Shown: positions 1-8,967, counted from the stretch's first letter. The stretch: 64,000 nt of DNA from an uncultured Acidimicrobiales bacterium (GCA_964390555.1 CAYMJU010000207.1:6466-70465), one strand, 5' to 3'. Numbers and translations: made by a program. The notes: generated by a model from the letters alone, not told the origin.

Positions 1-411
1 ATGGTGGTCGACGGCGCGGTCGACGCCATCGACTGGTACACGAGGGTTCTCGGCGCCGTTGAGCGCTACCGGATCCCGATGCCCAACGGCCGGCTCGGGC
101 ACGCCGAACTACAGATCGGCGACTCGGTCGTGATGCTCGCCGACCAGGATCCCGACTGGCAGGCGTACGCCCCCGGTCACTTCGGGGGTTCCCCGATCAG
201 CCTGGTCGTCTACGTGCCCGACGTCGACGCGGTTGCGGCGGCTGCGGTCGAGGCCGGGGCGACGCTCGCGGGCGAGGTGAAAGATCAGTTCTACGGCGAC
301 CGCACGGCTCGGATCACCGATCCGTTCGGGCACTCGTGGAGCATCGCCACCCAGATCGAGCAGCTCTCGGGCGCCGAGATCGCAGAGCGGGCCAAGGCCA
401 CCTTCGGCTGA
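1..411 (+). CDS. VOC family protein (glyoxalase/bleomycin-resistance/PhnB-like)
   Basis: 136-aa ORF ending in TGA at 409-411. VOC-like sequence (GHAELQIGDSVVMLAD, FYGDRTARITDPFGHSWSI). It begins at the window edge, so the true 5' end may lie outside the window. Confidence 0.75.
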   Translation: MVVDGAVDAIDWYTRVLGAVERYRIPMPNGRLGHAELQIGDSVVMLADQDPDWQAYAPGHFGGSPISLVVYVPDVDAVAAAAVEAGATLAGEVKDQFYGDRTARITDPFGHSWSIATQIEQLSGAEIAERAKATFG

Positions 412-1137
412 TCACCCGGCGGGGAACCGGTCGAGGCCGGCGACGAAGAAATCTGTGGCGGTCGTGACCGGTTCGGAGGATCGACGGAGATCCTCGTACC
501 CGAGCACCGCACCGAAGGGGGCGTTCCAATACGCGCTGTCGCCGGGTCGCTCCGGGCCCCAAGGCCCTAGGTAGAGGTAGGGATCGGCGTGGGTACCGTC
601 GCCGGGGGACGCACCGAGGTTCACGCGGCTCGATCCACCGGCCACGTCGCACCCCAGATCGAAATGCTCCGGCCAAACCTGGGCCACCGTCGGCGACCGA
701 TCGCCCACGTCGGCGAGGACTCTGTCGAGCACCCGCTGACCAAACATGTACCAGTCGACCAGACAGGAAACGGAGACCGGATCGACGTCGAGCGCCACCG
801 CCCGATCCCCGACCGGAGGCGTGTCGTCGCCGACCGAGAACGGCGCGTCGAGGTCCACCGTTACGAACGTCGCGGCCGACCCGAGCGTCGATCCTGACCA
901 GGCCATGGTCGAACCGAACCAACCCCCGTCGCCACGGCGCTCGACGACCAGGCCGGCCGGCGTGATGCGCACCACCTCGTCGTTGGGTCCGGCGAGCGGC
1001 GATTGGAGCGACGCCGCGCCGGGTCGCAGCCCGAATCGACCAGACAGCTCGTGACGGCGGCGGGCCACCACGTGAACGACAACCCGTTGGATCGAGTCCC
1101 TCGTAGGGGCGAATGTCCTCGGGAGCGGTTCGAGCAT
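412..1137 (-). CDS. conserved hypothetical protein
   Basis: 241-aa ORF with balanced, non-Arg-rich composition, unlike the overlapping shadow ORFs. No motif recognised. Confidence 0.5.
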   Translation of the reverse strand: MLEPLPRTFAPTRDSIQRVVVHVVARRRHELSGRFGLRPGAASLQSPLAGPNDEVVRITPAGLVVERRGDGGWFGSTMAWSGSTLGSAATFVTVDLDAPFSVGDDTPPVGDRAVALDVDPVSVSCLVDWYMFGQRVLDRVLADVGDRSPTVAQVWPEHFDLGCDVAGGSSRVNLGASPGDGTHADPYLYLGPWGPERPGDSAYWNAPFGAVLGYEDLRRSSEPVTTATDFFVAGLDRFPAG

Positions 1138-1176
1138 GACCAGCCAACCCCGGCGAAGGCGGCGCGATTCCCGTCG

Positions 1177-1884
1177 TCAACCGATCTGGTCGGCGAATCT
1201 CGAACCGATATGTCGGGCGGTCGCCACCATCTCGTCGTTCGCGGCGGCAAATTCTGCCATCAGACCATCGACGGCGCCCGGTCCCCGGACCGACTCGAGC
1301 GCGGTGCGATACGCCGGGACCGACGCCCACTCCTCGGCCATGGCCGCGGTCACCTCAACGTGGAACTGCAGGCCCCACGACCGGCGGTACCGGAACGCCT
1401 GAGCGGGATAGGCGCCCGAGCTGGCCAGATGCACTGCCCCATGCGGGAGGTCGAAGGTGTCGCCGTGCCACTGGAGCGCGGCGATCGTCTTCGGCAGGCC
1501 CGCGAACAGCGGATCCTCAGCTGACTGCCGTGCGAGCTGGACAGGTAGCACCCCGACCTCGGGCCCCGAACCGGCATAGGCCCTGCCACCGGCGGCGTGG
1601 GCGAGGAGTTGTGCGCCGAGGCACACGCCGAGAAGCGGGACGTCGGCGTCCGCCGCTCGTTCGATGAATGCCAGCTCGTCGGTCAGCCACGGGTGGGTGT
1701 CGGTGTCGTACGCACCCATGGGACCTCCCATGACGACGACGGCGTCGATCCCGCCAAGCGTCTCGGGTACACGGTCGCCTTCGTCGAGCTCTAGCCGCAC
1801 GATCTCGTGACCGCGCTCGACGAGCACGTCCTCGAACACCCCGGGCGGCTCGCACCTGATGTGCTGCAGGACGACGACGGCCAC
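1177..1884 (-). CDS. class I glutamine amidotransferase (GATase1, GMP-synthase-like / gamma-glutamyl hydrolase-like)
   Basis: Nucleophile-elbow motif LLGVCLGAQLL and a downstream His-x-Glu (QFHVEV). Start placed at GTG 1884 because the upstream ORF extension is Arg-rich and overlaps the preceding gene. The start is uncertain. Confidence 0.8.
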   Translation of the reverse strand: MAVVVLQHIRCEPPGVFEDVLVERGHEIVRLELDEGDRVPETLGGIDAVVVMGGPMGAYDTDTHPWLTDELAFIERAADADVPLLGVCLGAQLLAHAAGGRAYAGSGPEVGVLPVQLARQSAEDPLFAGLPKTIAALQWHGDTFDLPHGAVHLASSGAYPAQAFRYRRSWGLQFHVEVTAAMAEEWASVPAYRTALESVRGPGAVDGLMAEFAAANDEMVATARHIGSRFADQIG

Positions 1885-1892
1885 GAACCGGC

Positions 1893-2366
1893 TCAGTGCC
1901 CGGCGGGGCGTTCCCAGCCCTCGAGCACGGGGGCCTTCCAGTTGGCGCCGACCATCTCGGACCCGGCGACCCACGGGCCGAGGGAGGGCTGGCGGAACTT
2001 GCAGTGGATCCTCTTCAGACGGATCCCGTAGCTGTTGCCCTCCTGGAGGTGCTTGATCAGCACCTTGCGGGCCAGCTCGTCCTCGCGCCCGGGCGGTATG
2101 TCGAAATGGATCTTGATGAAGCTGTTCGAGTACCGGTCGAACACCGCCGGCACGCCGTCTTCCACCAGCAGCGTGATGTCCTCGAGCCAGTTGATGTCCG
2201 CGCCAGGGGTGGAGGCCACAAGGTCGATGTCCTCGACCTCGGTCAGGTCGCTCTGGTAGGAGTACCGCTGCCCGGCCAGTTCCTCGGAATCGAGGCCGAC
2301 GGTGATCGACATGCGATCACCGCTCGACCCGAGCAGGCCGTGCTCGTCGCGCTCGGCGGTGCTCAT
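1893..2366 (-). CDS. hypothetical acidic 157-aa protein translationally coupled to the mgsC-like gene
   Basis: ATG at 2366-2364 overlaps the TGA (2368-2366) of the upstream gene by 1 nt. Protein-like composition (MSTAERDEHGLL...IKIHFDIPPGREDELARKVLIKHLQEGNSYGIRL...). No domain recognised. Confidence 0.55.
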   Translation of the reverse strand: MSTAERDEHGLLGSSGDRMSITVGLDSEELAGQRYSYQSDLTEVEDIDLVASTPGADINWLEDITLLVEDGVPAVFDRYSNSFIKIHFDIPPGREDELARKVLIKHLQEGNSYGIRLKRIHCKFRQPSLGPWVAGSEMVGANWKAPVLEGWERPAGH

Positions 2367-3769
2367 CAGAGCCCTCCCCGGTCGGCGAGGACCTTCTCGA
2401 GCAGGTGCTTGATCTCGCCGAGGGTCCGTTCCTCGGTCAACCCGGGGATGTAGTTGGTTCCGGCGAGGGGCACCTTGGCCATCGCCGCGGCCTCGATGGT
2501 GAGCGCACACAGGTCCTCGGGCTCGAGGCTGTGGATGTTCGTCTTCCCGCATGCCCGGGCCAGCATCTGCATCTCCATGGTCATCGCGGTCAGGAAGTTG
2601 TAGACGCGTGTCGCCCCTTCCTCGACGTTGAGGCGCTTGCGCAGTTCGACGTCCTGGGTGGCTATACCCACCGGGCAACGGCCGGTGTGGCAGTGGTAGC
2701 ACTGGCCGGCCGGCACCCCCACCGTGCCCTCGTAGTCGGTCACTCCGGGGATCTCACGGTTGCAGTTCAGCGCCATGAGCGACGAGTGGCCGATCGCCAC
2801 CGCCTTGGCGCCGAGGGCGATGCACTTGGCGATGTCGGCACCGTTTCGTATGCCGCCAGCGACGACCAGATCGATGTCGTCGGCCAGGCCCACGTCTTCG
2901 AGCGCCCGGCGGGCCTCAGGGATCGCGGCCATCAGCGGGATGCCGGTCTCCTCGGCCGCGATGTGCGGTCCGGCGCCCGTGCCGCCCTCGGCCCCGTCGA
3001 GATAGATGATGTCGGGGCCGCACTTGGCGGCCATGCGAACGTCGTCGTACACGCGAGCGGCACCGAGCTTGAGCTGGATCGGCACCTGGTAGTCGGTCGC
3101 CTCGCGGACCTCCTGGATCTTGAGGCTGAGGTCATCGGGCCCCAGCCAGTCCGGGTGCCGCGCCGGCGACCGTTGATCGATACCGGCGGGCAGCGACCGC
3201 ATCTCGGCGACCTGCTCGGTCACCTTCTGACCCATCAGGTGACCGCCGAGGCCGACCTTGCAGCCCTGGCCGATGAAGAATTCGACGGCGTCGGCGAGCA
3301 TCAGGTGATGGGGGTTGAAGCCGTAGCGGCTCTGGATGACCTGGTAGTACCACTTGGTCGAGTGGTCCCGCTCGGGCGGGATCATGCCGCCCTCGCCCGA
3401 ACACGTCGCCGTGCCCGCCATCGACGCACCCTTGGCCAGCGCCATCTTGGCCTCGAGCGACAGCGCCCCGAAGCTCATGCCGGTGATGTACACCGGGATG
3501 TCGAGCTCGATCGGCTTCTGGGCGAACCGGGCACCGAGCACGGTCTTGGTGTCGCACTTCTCGCGGTAGCCCTCGATCACGAACCGGGTGAGCGTGCCGG
3601 GCATGAACATCAGCTCGTCCCAGTGAGGGATGGGCTTGAACATCGAGAACCCACGCATGCGGTACCGGCCGAGGTCGGACTTGATGTGGATGTCGTTCAT
3701 GACATCCGGCGTGAATATTCGACTCCTGCCGAGTACCGACTTCGGCGAGACCTTGTCCTCGATCGACAT
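2366..3769 (-). CDS. mgsC: FMN-dependent glutamate-synthase-domain protein (GlxD / N-methylglutamate synthase subunit C-like)
   Basis: 467 aa. GltB FMN-domain signatures (ITGMSFGALSLEAKMALAKGA, GEGGM, QGCKVGLGGHL, GAEGGTGAGP). C-terminal CHxxxCPxGI motif. 1-nt stop/start overlap with the upstream GXGXG gene. Confidence 0.85.
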   Translation of the reverse strand: MSIEDKVSPKSVLGRSRIFTPDVMNDIHIKSDLGRYRMRGFSMFKPIPHWDELMFMPGTLTRFVIEGYREKCDTKTVLGARFAQKPIELDIPVYITGMSFGALSLEAKMALAKGASMAGTATCSGEGGMIPPERDHSTKWYYQVIQSRYGFNPHHLMLADAVEFFIGQGCKVGLGGHLMGQKVTEQVAEMRSLPAGIDQRSPARHPDWLGPDDLSLKIQEVREATDYQVPIQLKLGAARVYDDVRMAAKCGPDIIYLDGAEGGTGAGPHIAAEETGIPLMAAIPEARRALEDVGLADDIDLVVAGGIRNGADIAKCIALGAKAVAIGHSSLMALNCNREIPGVTDYEGTVGVPAGQCYHCHTGRCPVGIATQDVELRKRLNVEEGATRVYNFLTAMTMEMQMLARACGKTNIHSLEPEDLCALTIEAAAMAKVPLAGTNYIPGLTEERTLGEIKHLLEKVLADRGGL

Positions 3770-4551
3770 CAGATCACCAACTTCTTCTCGCTGGGTTCCA
3801 GGTTGTCGTAGTTCCAGAGCTGCTTGCCGCACACGAACTTCCGGAACGCCGGCGGTTCGCCGAGCCCGTAGATCGAGAACTTCCGGTTCAAGAACTCGTG
3901 GTCGGCGTCGTTCATCTCGCCTTCGACACAGTCGACCCCCAGGCTGGCGACCGTGCCGCCCACGTAGATCGTGCCGTCGTACATCGAGTCGCCGAGGCCC
4001 GGGCCGACGTTGCCGCAGTAGATCTGGCGGCCGCGCTGCAACATGAACCCGTTGTTCATGCCGGCGTCGCCCATCACGAGGATCGTGCCGCCCTTCTGGT
4101 CGATGCCGGTACGGGCCCCGACCGAGCCTTTTACGACGATGTCGCCGCCCCGGAGCGCGGCCCCGGTGAGCGATCCGGCGTTCTTCTCGATGACGACGAC
4201 ACCGGCCATCATGTTCTCGCACACGCTCCAGCCGACCCGGCCGGTGATACGGATCTCGGGGCCGTCGATCAGGCCGCAACCGAAGTAGCCAAGACTGCCC
4301 TCGAAGGTGATCCGGCACCGCTGCAGGATCCCGACTCCGAGCGAGTGCTTGGCCCCGGGGTTCTGGACCGTGACGTCGTAGACGCCGACCTCGTTCAGCA
4401 GCCAGCGCACCTCGAGGTTGATCTCGCGGGTCGTGAGCTTCGACGCGTCGAAGCGCCCCCGGTCACCGTCGATCTCGGAGATCTTCGGGATGGCGGCGAT
4501 CGGCTCGGCCAGACCGCGGGCGTCATAGGTGATGGCGTTCTCACCGGGCAT
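3769..4551 (-). CDS. mgsB: GXGXG-motif protein (GlxC / N-methylglutamate synthase subunit B-like)
   Basis: 260 aa with the repeated beta-helix GXGXG pattern typical of the glutamate synthase alpha C-terminal domain (GSLGYFGCGL, VVKGSVGARTG, LVMGDAGMNNG). Confidence 0.85.
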   Translation of the reverse strand: MPGENAITYDARGLAEPIAAIPKISEIDGDRGRFDASKLTTREINLEVRWLLNEVGVYDVTVQNPGAKHSLGVGILQRCRITFEGSLGYFGCGLIDGPEIRITGRVGWSVCENMMAGVVVIEKNAGSLTGAALRGGDIVVKGSVGARTGIDQKGGTILVMGDAGMNNGFMLQRGRQIYCGNVGPGLGDSMYDGTIYVGGTVASLGVDCVEGEMNDADHEFLNRKFSIYGLGEPPAFRKFVCGKQLWNYDNLEPSEKKLVI

Positions 4552-4581
4552 CGTGGGCCCCCTCTCGCCGTGGGGCGCAGG

Positions 4582-5511
4582 TCATCGGCTCCATACCAGC
4601 ACCCTGTGCTCGTACGGGTCGTAGGTGTCGATCTCGTGATCGATGAGGGCGCGGATCGCCATCTCCTCGGACGCCAGCGCCACCAGGTCCGGGCCTTCGT
4701 AGACGACCAGCGGCTTGGCCGCCATCTCGTCTTTGGCCACCCCGAGCGCGTCCTTGGTGACCGCCATGTAGGTGAACACGCCGTCGAGGTCGGCCAGGCT
4801 CTGGTTCATCGCCGACTCGAGGCCCAGGCCCTCGCTCATCTTCTTGGCCAGGTACACGGCGATGATCTCGCTGTCGCACTCGCTTTGGAAGCGATGACCG
4901 CTGCGCTCGAGGCGCCGCTTCCACTGGAAGTAGTTGGTGAGCTGGCCATTGTGCACCACCGCGACGTCGCCGAACGGGTACGCCCAGTAGGGATGGGCGC
5001 CCGAGATGTCGACGTCGGACTCGGTCGCCATGCGCACGTGCCCGATGGCGTGGGTACCCGAGACGGCGGCCAGGTGGTACTGGTTCGCCACCTCGTTGGC
5101 GTCGCCGAGATCCTTGACGATCTCGAGCGACTCGCCGAGGGACAACACCTCGCACCCGGGCACGTCTTCCAGGTAGTCGGTGAGGGCCTTGAGATCGCCC
5201 GAGTACCGCACGACGGCCCGGAACGCGTACTCGGTGTCGCCGGTGACGCTGTCGACGCTCGCGCCGAGCTTGGCCAACCGTGACTCGACCTCGTTGCGGC
5301 TGCGCTCGAGGCGATCGGCGAACTCGAAGTCACGCGCGTCGCCGGCGTCGGCGAGCTTGAAGCGGATGACGATGCCGTCGACCTTCGGGCCGAACAGGGC
5401 GTAGCCGGTCGAGTCGGGGCCACGATGCTTCATGGCCTGGAGCATCTTGGTCATCTCGACGCCGATGTCGTGATTTCCGTCGCGGTGAATGATGCCGGCG
5501 ATGCCGCACAT
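4582..5511 (-). CDS. mgsA: class II (Ntn) glutamine amidotransferase (GlxB / N-methylglutamate synthase subunit A-like)
   Basis: Starts MCGIAGI (catalytic Cys2). GHVRMATES and VVHNGQLTNY motifs. Start ATG 5511 is preceded by GGAAGGA. Confidence 0.85.
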   Translation of the reverse strand: MCGIAGIIHRDGNHDIGVEMTKMLQAMKHRGPDSTGYALFGPKVDGIVIRFKLADAGDARDFEFADRLERSRNEVESRLAKLGASVDSVTGDTEYAFRAVVRYSGDLKALTDYLEDVPGCEVLSLGESLEIVKDLGDANEVANQYHLAAVSGTHAIGHVRMATESDVDISGAHPYWAYPFGDVAVVHNGQLTNYFQWKRRLERSGHRFQSECDSEIIAVYLAKKMSEGLGLESAMNQSLADLDGVFTYMAVTKDALGVAKDEMAAKPLVVYEGPDLVALASEEMAIRALIDHEIDTYDPYEHRVLVWSR

Positions 5512-5563
5512 GGTTGGAGAGTCCTTCCGGAAGGGCCGTGAACGGGCGAGGAATGCCTGGAGG

Positions 5564-6964
5564 TCAGGGGAGGACGTCGAGGTATTCCTTGATGTCCCAG
5601 TCCGAGACCGTGGAGATGAAGCGGATCCACTCGTCGGTCTTGTAGTGCCAGAACACGTTCCACATCTCGCCGGGCAGAGCCTGGCGGACAACATCGTCCT
5701 TCTCCAGCGCCTCGAGCGCCTCGCCGAGGGTGGCCGGGATGCGCTCGACCTGCTTGCCTTCCTCGATGGCCAGGTAGATGTTGCGCTCCTCGGGAGGGCC
5801 GGGGTCGATCTTGTCGGCCAGCCCCTCGCGCATGCACACCAGCAGACCGGCCATCGACAGGTACGGGTTGACCGCCGAGTCGACCGACCGGTACTCGAAG
5901 CGGCCGGGGGCACTGACCCGCACGGCGGTGGTGCGGTTCTGGAAACCCCAGTCGGCGAAGATCGGGGCCCAGAACCCGGCATCGGCGTAGCGGCGATAGC
6001 TGTTCACCGTCGATGCCGAGATGCATGTGAGCGCCCGCAGGTGCTTGAGGATGCCCCCCATGGCGTAGATGCCGGTCTGGCCCGGCAGCCGCGGGTTGTC
6101 GCCCTCGGGCATGAACGTGTTGTGGCCATCGCCGTTCCACAGAGAGAAGTTGTGGTGGCAGCCGTTGGCCGACACGCCCATGAACGGCTTGGGCATGAAG
6201 CACGGGTAAGCGCCCATCTCGCGGCCGACCTGCTTGCAGATCTGGCGATACGTCGAGAGGCGGTCGGCGGTGAGCTCGGCCCGGTCGAAGTTGAAGTTGA
6301 GCTCGAGTTGGCCCGGTGCGTCCTCGTGGTCGCCCTGGATCATGTCGAGGCCCATGGCCGCGCCGTACTCGATGACCTTGTGGATGATCGGTTGCAGTTC
6401 GGAGAACTGGTCGATGTGGTAGCAGAAGGGCTTCGTCATGCCCTCGACGGTCGGTTTGCCGTCGGCGTCGGCTTTGAGCCACATCATCTCGGGCTCGCAC
6501 CCGACCCGCATGTGAAGTCCGAAGTCGGCCTCGAATTGGGCGTGGATGCGCTTGAGGTTGCCCCGGCAGTCCGACGTGAGGAACACGCCGGGGTCGACCT
6601 CTTCCTCGCGGCCCCGGAACAAGGTGCAGAACACTCGCGCCACCTTGTTGTCCCAAGGCATCACGCAGAACGTCTCGGGTTCGGGGAGGCCGACCAGCTC
6701 GCGGGCCTCGGGGCCGTACCCGATGTAGTCGCCTTTGCGGTCGGTGAACAGGTTGGCCGTCGCGCCGTAGACGAGCTGGAAGCCCTTGTTGGCGATGTTC
6801 TCCCAGTGAGGGGCCGGCACGCCCTTGCCCATGATCCGGCCGGTGACCGAGATGAACTGGTAGTAGATGTAGGTGACCCCCGCCGCGTCGATCTGCTTGC
6901 GGACATCCTTGATGGCCTGGTCACGGCCGGACGTGTTGAGGAAGTTCTCCAGATCGGTTGCCAC
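5564..6964 (-). CDS. gmaS: glutamine-synthetase-family enzyme, gamma-glutamylmethylamide synthetase-like
   Basis: GS catalytic-domain motifs (GCEPEMMW, GDHEDAPGQLELNF, FMPKPF, NGCHHNFSLW, NSYRR). Lies directly upstream of mgsABC-like genes, as in described NMG-pathway clusters. Start set at GTG 6964 after an AAAAAGGGG purine run. The longer ORF to 7057 is Arg-rich. Confidence 0.8.
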   Translation of the reverse strand: MATDLENFLNTSGRDQAIKDVRKQIDAAGVTYIYYQFISVTGRIMGKGVPAPHWENIANKGFQLVYGATANLFTDRKGDYIGYGPEARELVGLPEPETFCVMPWDNKVARVFCTLFRGREEEVDPGVFLTSDCRGNLKRIHAQFEADFGLHMRVGCEPEMMWLKADADGKPTVEGMTKPFCYHIDQFSELQPIIHKVIEYGAAMGLDMIQGDHEDAPGQLELNFNFDRAELTADRLSTYRQICKQVGREMGAYPCFMPKPFMGVSANGCHHNFSLWNGDGHNTFMPEGDNPRLPGQTGIYAMGGILKHLRALTCISASTVNSYRRYADAGFWAPIFADWGFQNRTTAVRVSAPGRFEYRSVDSAVNPYLSMAGLLVCMREGLADKIDPGPPEERNIYLAIEEGKQVERIPATLGEALEALEKDDVVRQALPGEMWNVFWHYKTDEWIRFISTVSDWDIKEYLDVLP

Positions 6965-7045
6965 GGTGCCCCTTTTTCTGCCGGCTGGTCGCCGGGTTTC
7001 GCTGTTCGTGCTCCGTTCCGACGGTGGTCGGACCGGCCCCCACGT

Positions 7046-7065
7046 GTTTCCCCACATTCAACTAC
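7046..7065 (+). promoter_or_regulatory. conserved 20-nt box GTTTCCCCACATTCAACTAC in the gmaS-upstream region
   Basis: Matches GTTTCTTCACGTTCAACTCC of the repeated tdm-operon leader (16981-17000 and 12424-12443) at 16 of 20 positions. Confidence 0.35.
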
Positions 7066-7087
7066 GTCTACTCACAGGAGACAAGCG

Positions 7088-7302
7088 ATGAGGCGCGCCG
7101 CAGTCGCGATCCTGCTCGTGGCGCCGGTGCTCGGCGGGTGTTCAGGCGGCTCCACGCCCGCTGCGGTCGACGACAGCCGCCTCGACCCGACCGCTTGGCC
7201 GCCGACTCCCCCATCGCCGGGATCGCGCCACCGGAGGCCATGGCCGACCTCCTCGCCATCCCCGACCCCACCGAACCAGGCATCGGCGCCTGGTTCGATT
7301 AA
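7088..7302 (+). pseudogene. small lipoprotein gene, apparently frameshifted
   Basis: ATG 7088 opens MRRAAVAILLVAPVLGGC (signal peptide plus lipobox). High third-position GC moves to the -1 frame near 7190-7205. That frame ends at TAA 7300-7302 (..ADLLAIPDPTEPGIGAWFD*). Confidence 0.3.
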
Positions 7303-7332
7303 CAGGCTGAAGACGGTGAACTATCTGACGCT

Positions 7333-7352
7333 CTACAGGCTTAACCCTGTAG
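7333..7352. promoter_or_regulatory. perfect inverted repeat CTACAGG-N6-CCTGTAG, 10 nt upstream of the HTH gene
   Basis: Read directly from the sequence. The position fits an autoregulatory operator for the XRE-type mobile mystery protein A. Confidence 0.35.
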
Positions 7353-7361
7353 TGTTGAGCC

Positions 7362-7829
7362 ATGACCACCCCGACGATCGCCCGCCAACGGCTCGACGAA
7401 CGACTACGGTTGCCTACGATCCGCGGCATCTCGCGGCCACACCGCGGTTGGATCCGCGCGGTCAGGGATGCGCTGGGGATGTCGTCGACCGAACTCGCAG
7501 CGCGCCTCGGCGTGAGCCAGCAAAGTGTCGTTGACCTCGAACGAAGCGAGGAGCGACATACCATCAAGCTCGAATCGCTCGAGCGCGCGGCACGCGCCCT
7601 GGAGTGTGAGTTGGTGTACGTCCTGGTACCGCGAGCCTCGCTCGACGACATCGTGCACGAACGAGCCACCGAGCGGGCTCGTCGGCTGCTCGACGAAGTC
7701 GGCCATCACAGTCGACTCGAGGACCAAGCTGTCACCGGTGACGATCTCGAGGCTCAAGTTGCGGAGATCGCGGCTCGCCTCGTCGATAGGCGCGGCCTCT
7801 GGACCGATCACGTTGACACCCGACGATGA
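7362..7829 (+). CDS. mobile mystery protein A (XRE-family HTH, antitoxin-like partner of Fic)
   Basis: HTH segment MSSTELAARLGVSQQSVVDLERSE. 4-nt overlap with the downstream Fic gene. The pairing is typical of the mobile mystery protein A/B families. Confidence 0.8.
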   Translation: MTTPTIARQRLDERLRLPTIRGISRPHRGWIRAVRDALGMSSTELAARLGVSQQSVVDLERSEERHTIKLESLERAARALECELVYVLVPRASLDDIVHERATERARRLLDEVGHHSRLEDQAVTGDDLEAQVAEIAARLVDRRGLWTDHVDTRR

Positions 7830-8413
7830 CCGATGCGTTCTTTGCTACCGGAGACGGGCAGACCGAACTCTCCGACGACGATCGCGAGGGCTTGATCCCG
7901 ACGTACGTCGCTACCCGAGCCGATCTGTTCGCGGCCGAACAACTCGGCATCGCGCTCGCACTCATCGGCCGATCACCATCGGTGACGAAGCTTCTCGACG
8001 ACAAGTACCTCCGCGATCTCCATCGAGCGATGTTCCGCGAGGTCTGGCGCTGGGCCGGCCGCTACCGGATTCGGGAGACGAACATCGGCATCGACCCGAG
8101 CATGATCCCGACGGCCGTTCGCTCACTCGTTGACAACGCGCGCGCCTGGGTCGAGTTCGAGAGCTTCGGTCACGACGAGCTCGCCGTACGGTTCCACCAC
8201 CGACTCGTCCAGATCCACCCGTTCCCCAACGGCAATGGTCGGCACGCCCGGATTGCCGCCGATCTCTTGTCCCGCGGCCTCGGGAACGCGGCGCTCAGTT
8301 GGGGGCGTCACACGTACTCGACGACTGCGTCGCTGCGGGAGGCGTATGTCCGAGCCCTGCGGCGCGCCGACCAGGGCGCTTACGAGGACCTGGTCGCCTT
8401 CGCTCGGGGCTGA
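7826..8413 (+). CDS. Fic family protein (mobile mystery protein B)
   Basis: Canonical Fic motif HPFPNGNGRHAR (HxFx[D/E]GNGRxxR). Confidence 0.85.
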   Translation: MTDAFFATGDGQTELSDDDREGLIPTYVATRADLFAAEQLGIALALIGRSPSVTKLLDDKYLRDLHRAMFREVWRWAGRYRIRETNIGIDPSMIPTAVRSLVDNARAWVEFESFGHDELAVRFHHRLVQIHPFPNGNGRHARIAADLLSRGLGNAALSWGRHTYSTTASLREAYVRALRRADQGAYEDLVAFARG

Positions 8414-8967
8414 GCGCCGTCGCCAGCGCCGAGCATGGCGAGCAGCTTCGTGGTGGTGTTCCAGTTGCGGATGGTCATCTGCTGGTACTCCGGGGTGCTC
8501 GCCACCTTCGACAACCGGCTCTGGGTTCGCCGGGCGCTGAGGCGCGCGAAGTAGAGCACCCCCCTTCCCGCCCACGCCTGGTCCACGCCGTCGCGTACCT
8601 CGACGGCGGCCATCGCCTGGTCGATCGTGAGTGGCGCCTTCAGGAAGATGACGTCGCAATGGTAGGTGCCGGGCTCCCGCCCGAAGCCGGCAGGCGCGTC
8701 GTCGACCACGGACCGGAGCTGTCGGTGCGACCGCGCCATGACTGCGATCGGTGCGCCGAATCGGCGCTCTAGCATCGCCTCGATCTCACCCTCGATCGCC
8801 GCTGGCGGTAGGTCGGACTCCATCAGGACGTTGCCGGACTGGATGTAGGTGCGCACCGCCGCGAATCCAGCGACCTCGAACGCCGCGCGAAGGTCGGCCA
8901 TCGGGATGACGTTGCGGCCGCCGACGTTGATCCCCCGCAACAACGCCACGTACCGCTCGGAGCCCAC
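8380..8967 (-). CDS. DUF1697 family protein
   Basis: N-terminus YVALLRGINVGGRNVIPMADLR is characteristic of DUF1697. The 3' end overlaps the Fic gene convergently by 34 nt. Confidence 0.8.
   Translation of the reverse strand: MGSERYVALLRGINVGGRNVIPMADLRAAFEVAGFAAVRTYIQSGNVLMESDLPPAAIEGEIEAMLERRFGAPIAVMARSHRQLRSVVDDAPAGFGREPGTYHCDVIFLKAPLTIDQAMAAVEVRDGVDQAWAGRGVLYFARLSARRTQSRLSKVASTPEYQQMTIRNWNTTTKLLAMLGAGDGAQPRAKATRSS

Noticed and set aside
1893-2702. Long 269-aa version of the ORF downstream of mgsC
   Set aside because: The part upstream of 2366 overlaps the mgsC-like gene in another frame and is Arg/Pro/Gly-rich. Only the 157-aa portion starting at the stop-overlapping ATG looks coding.
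5489-7534. 681-aa plus-strand ORF spanning the gmaS region and running into the HTH gene
   Set aside because: It is antisense to a clear glutamine-synthetase-family gene. Only its segment from 7088 (signal peptide plus lipobox) looks coding, and that part is treated separately as a possible frameshifted lipoprotein.
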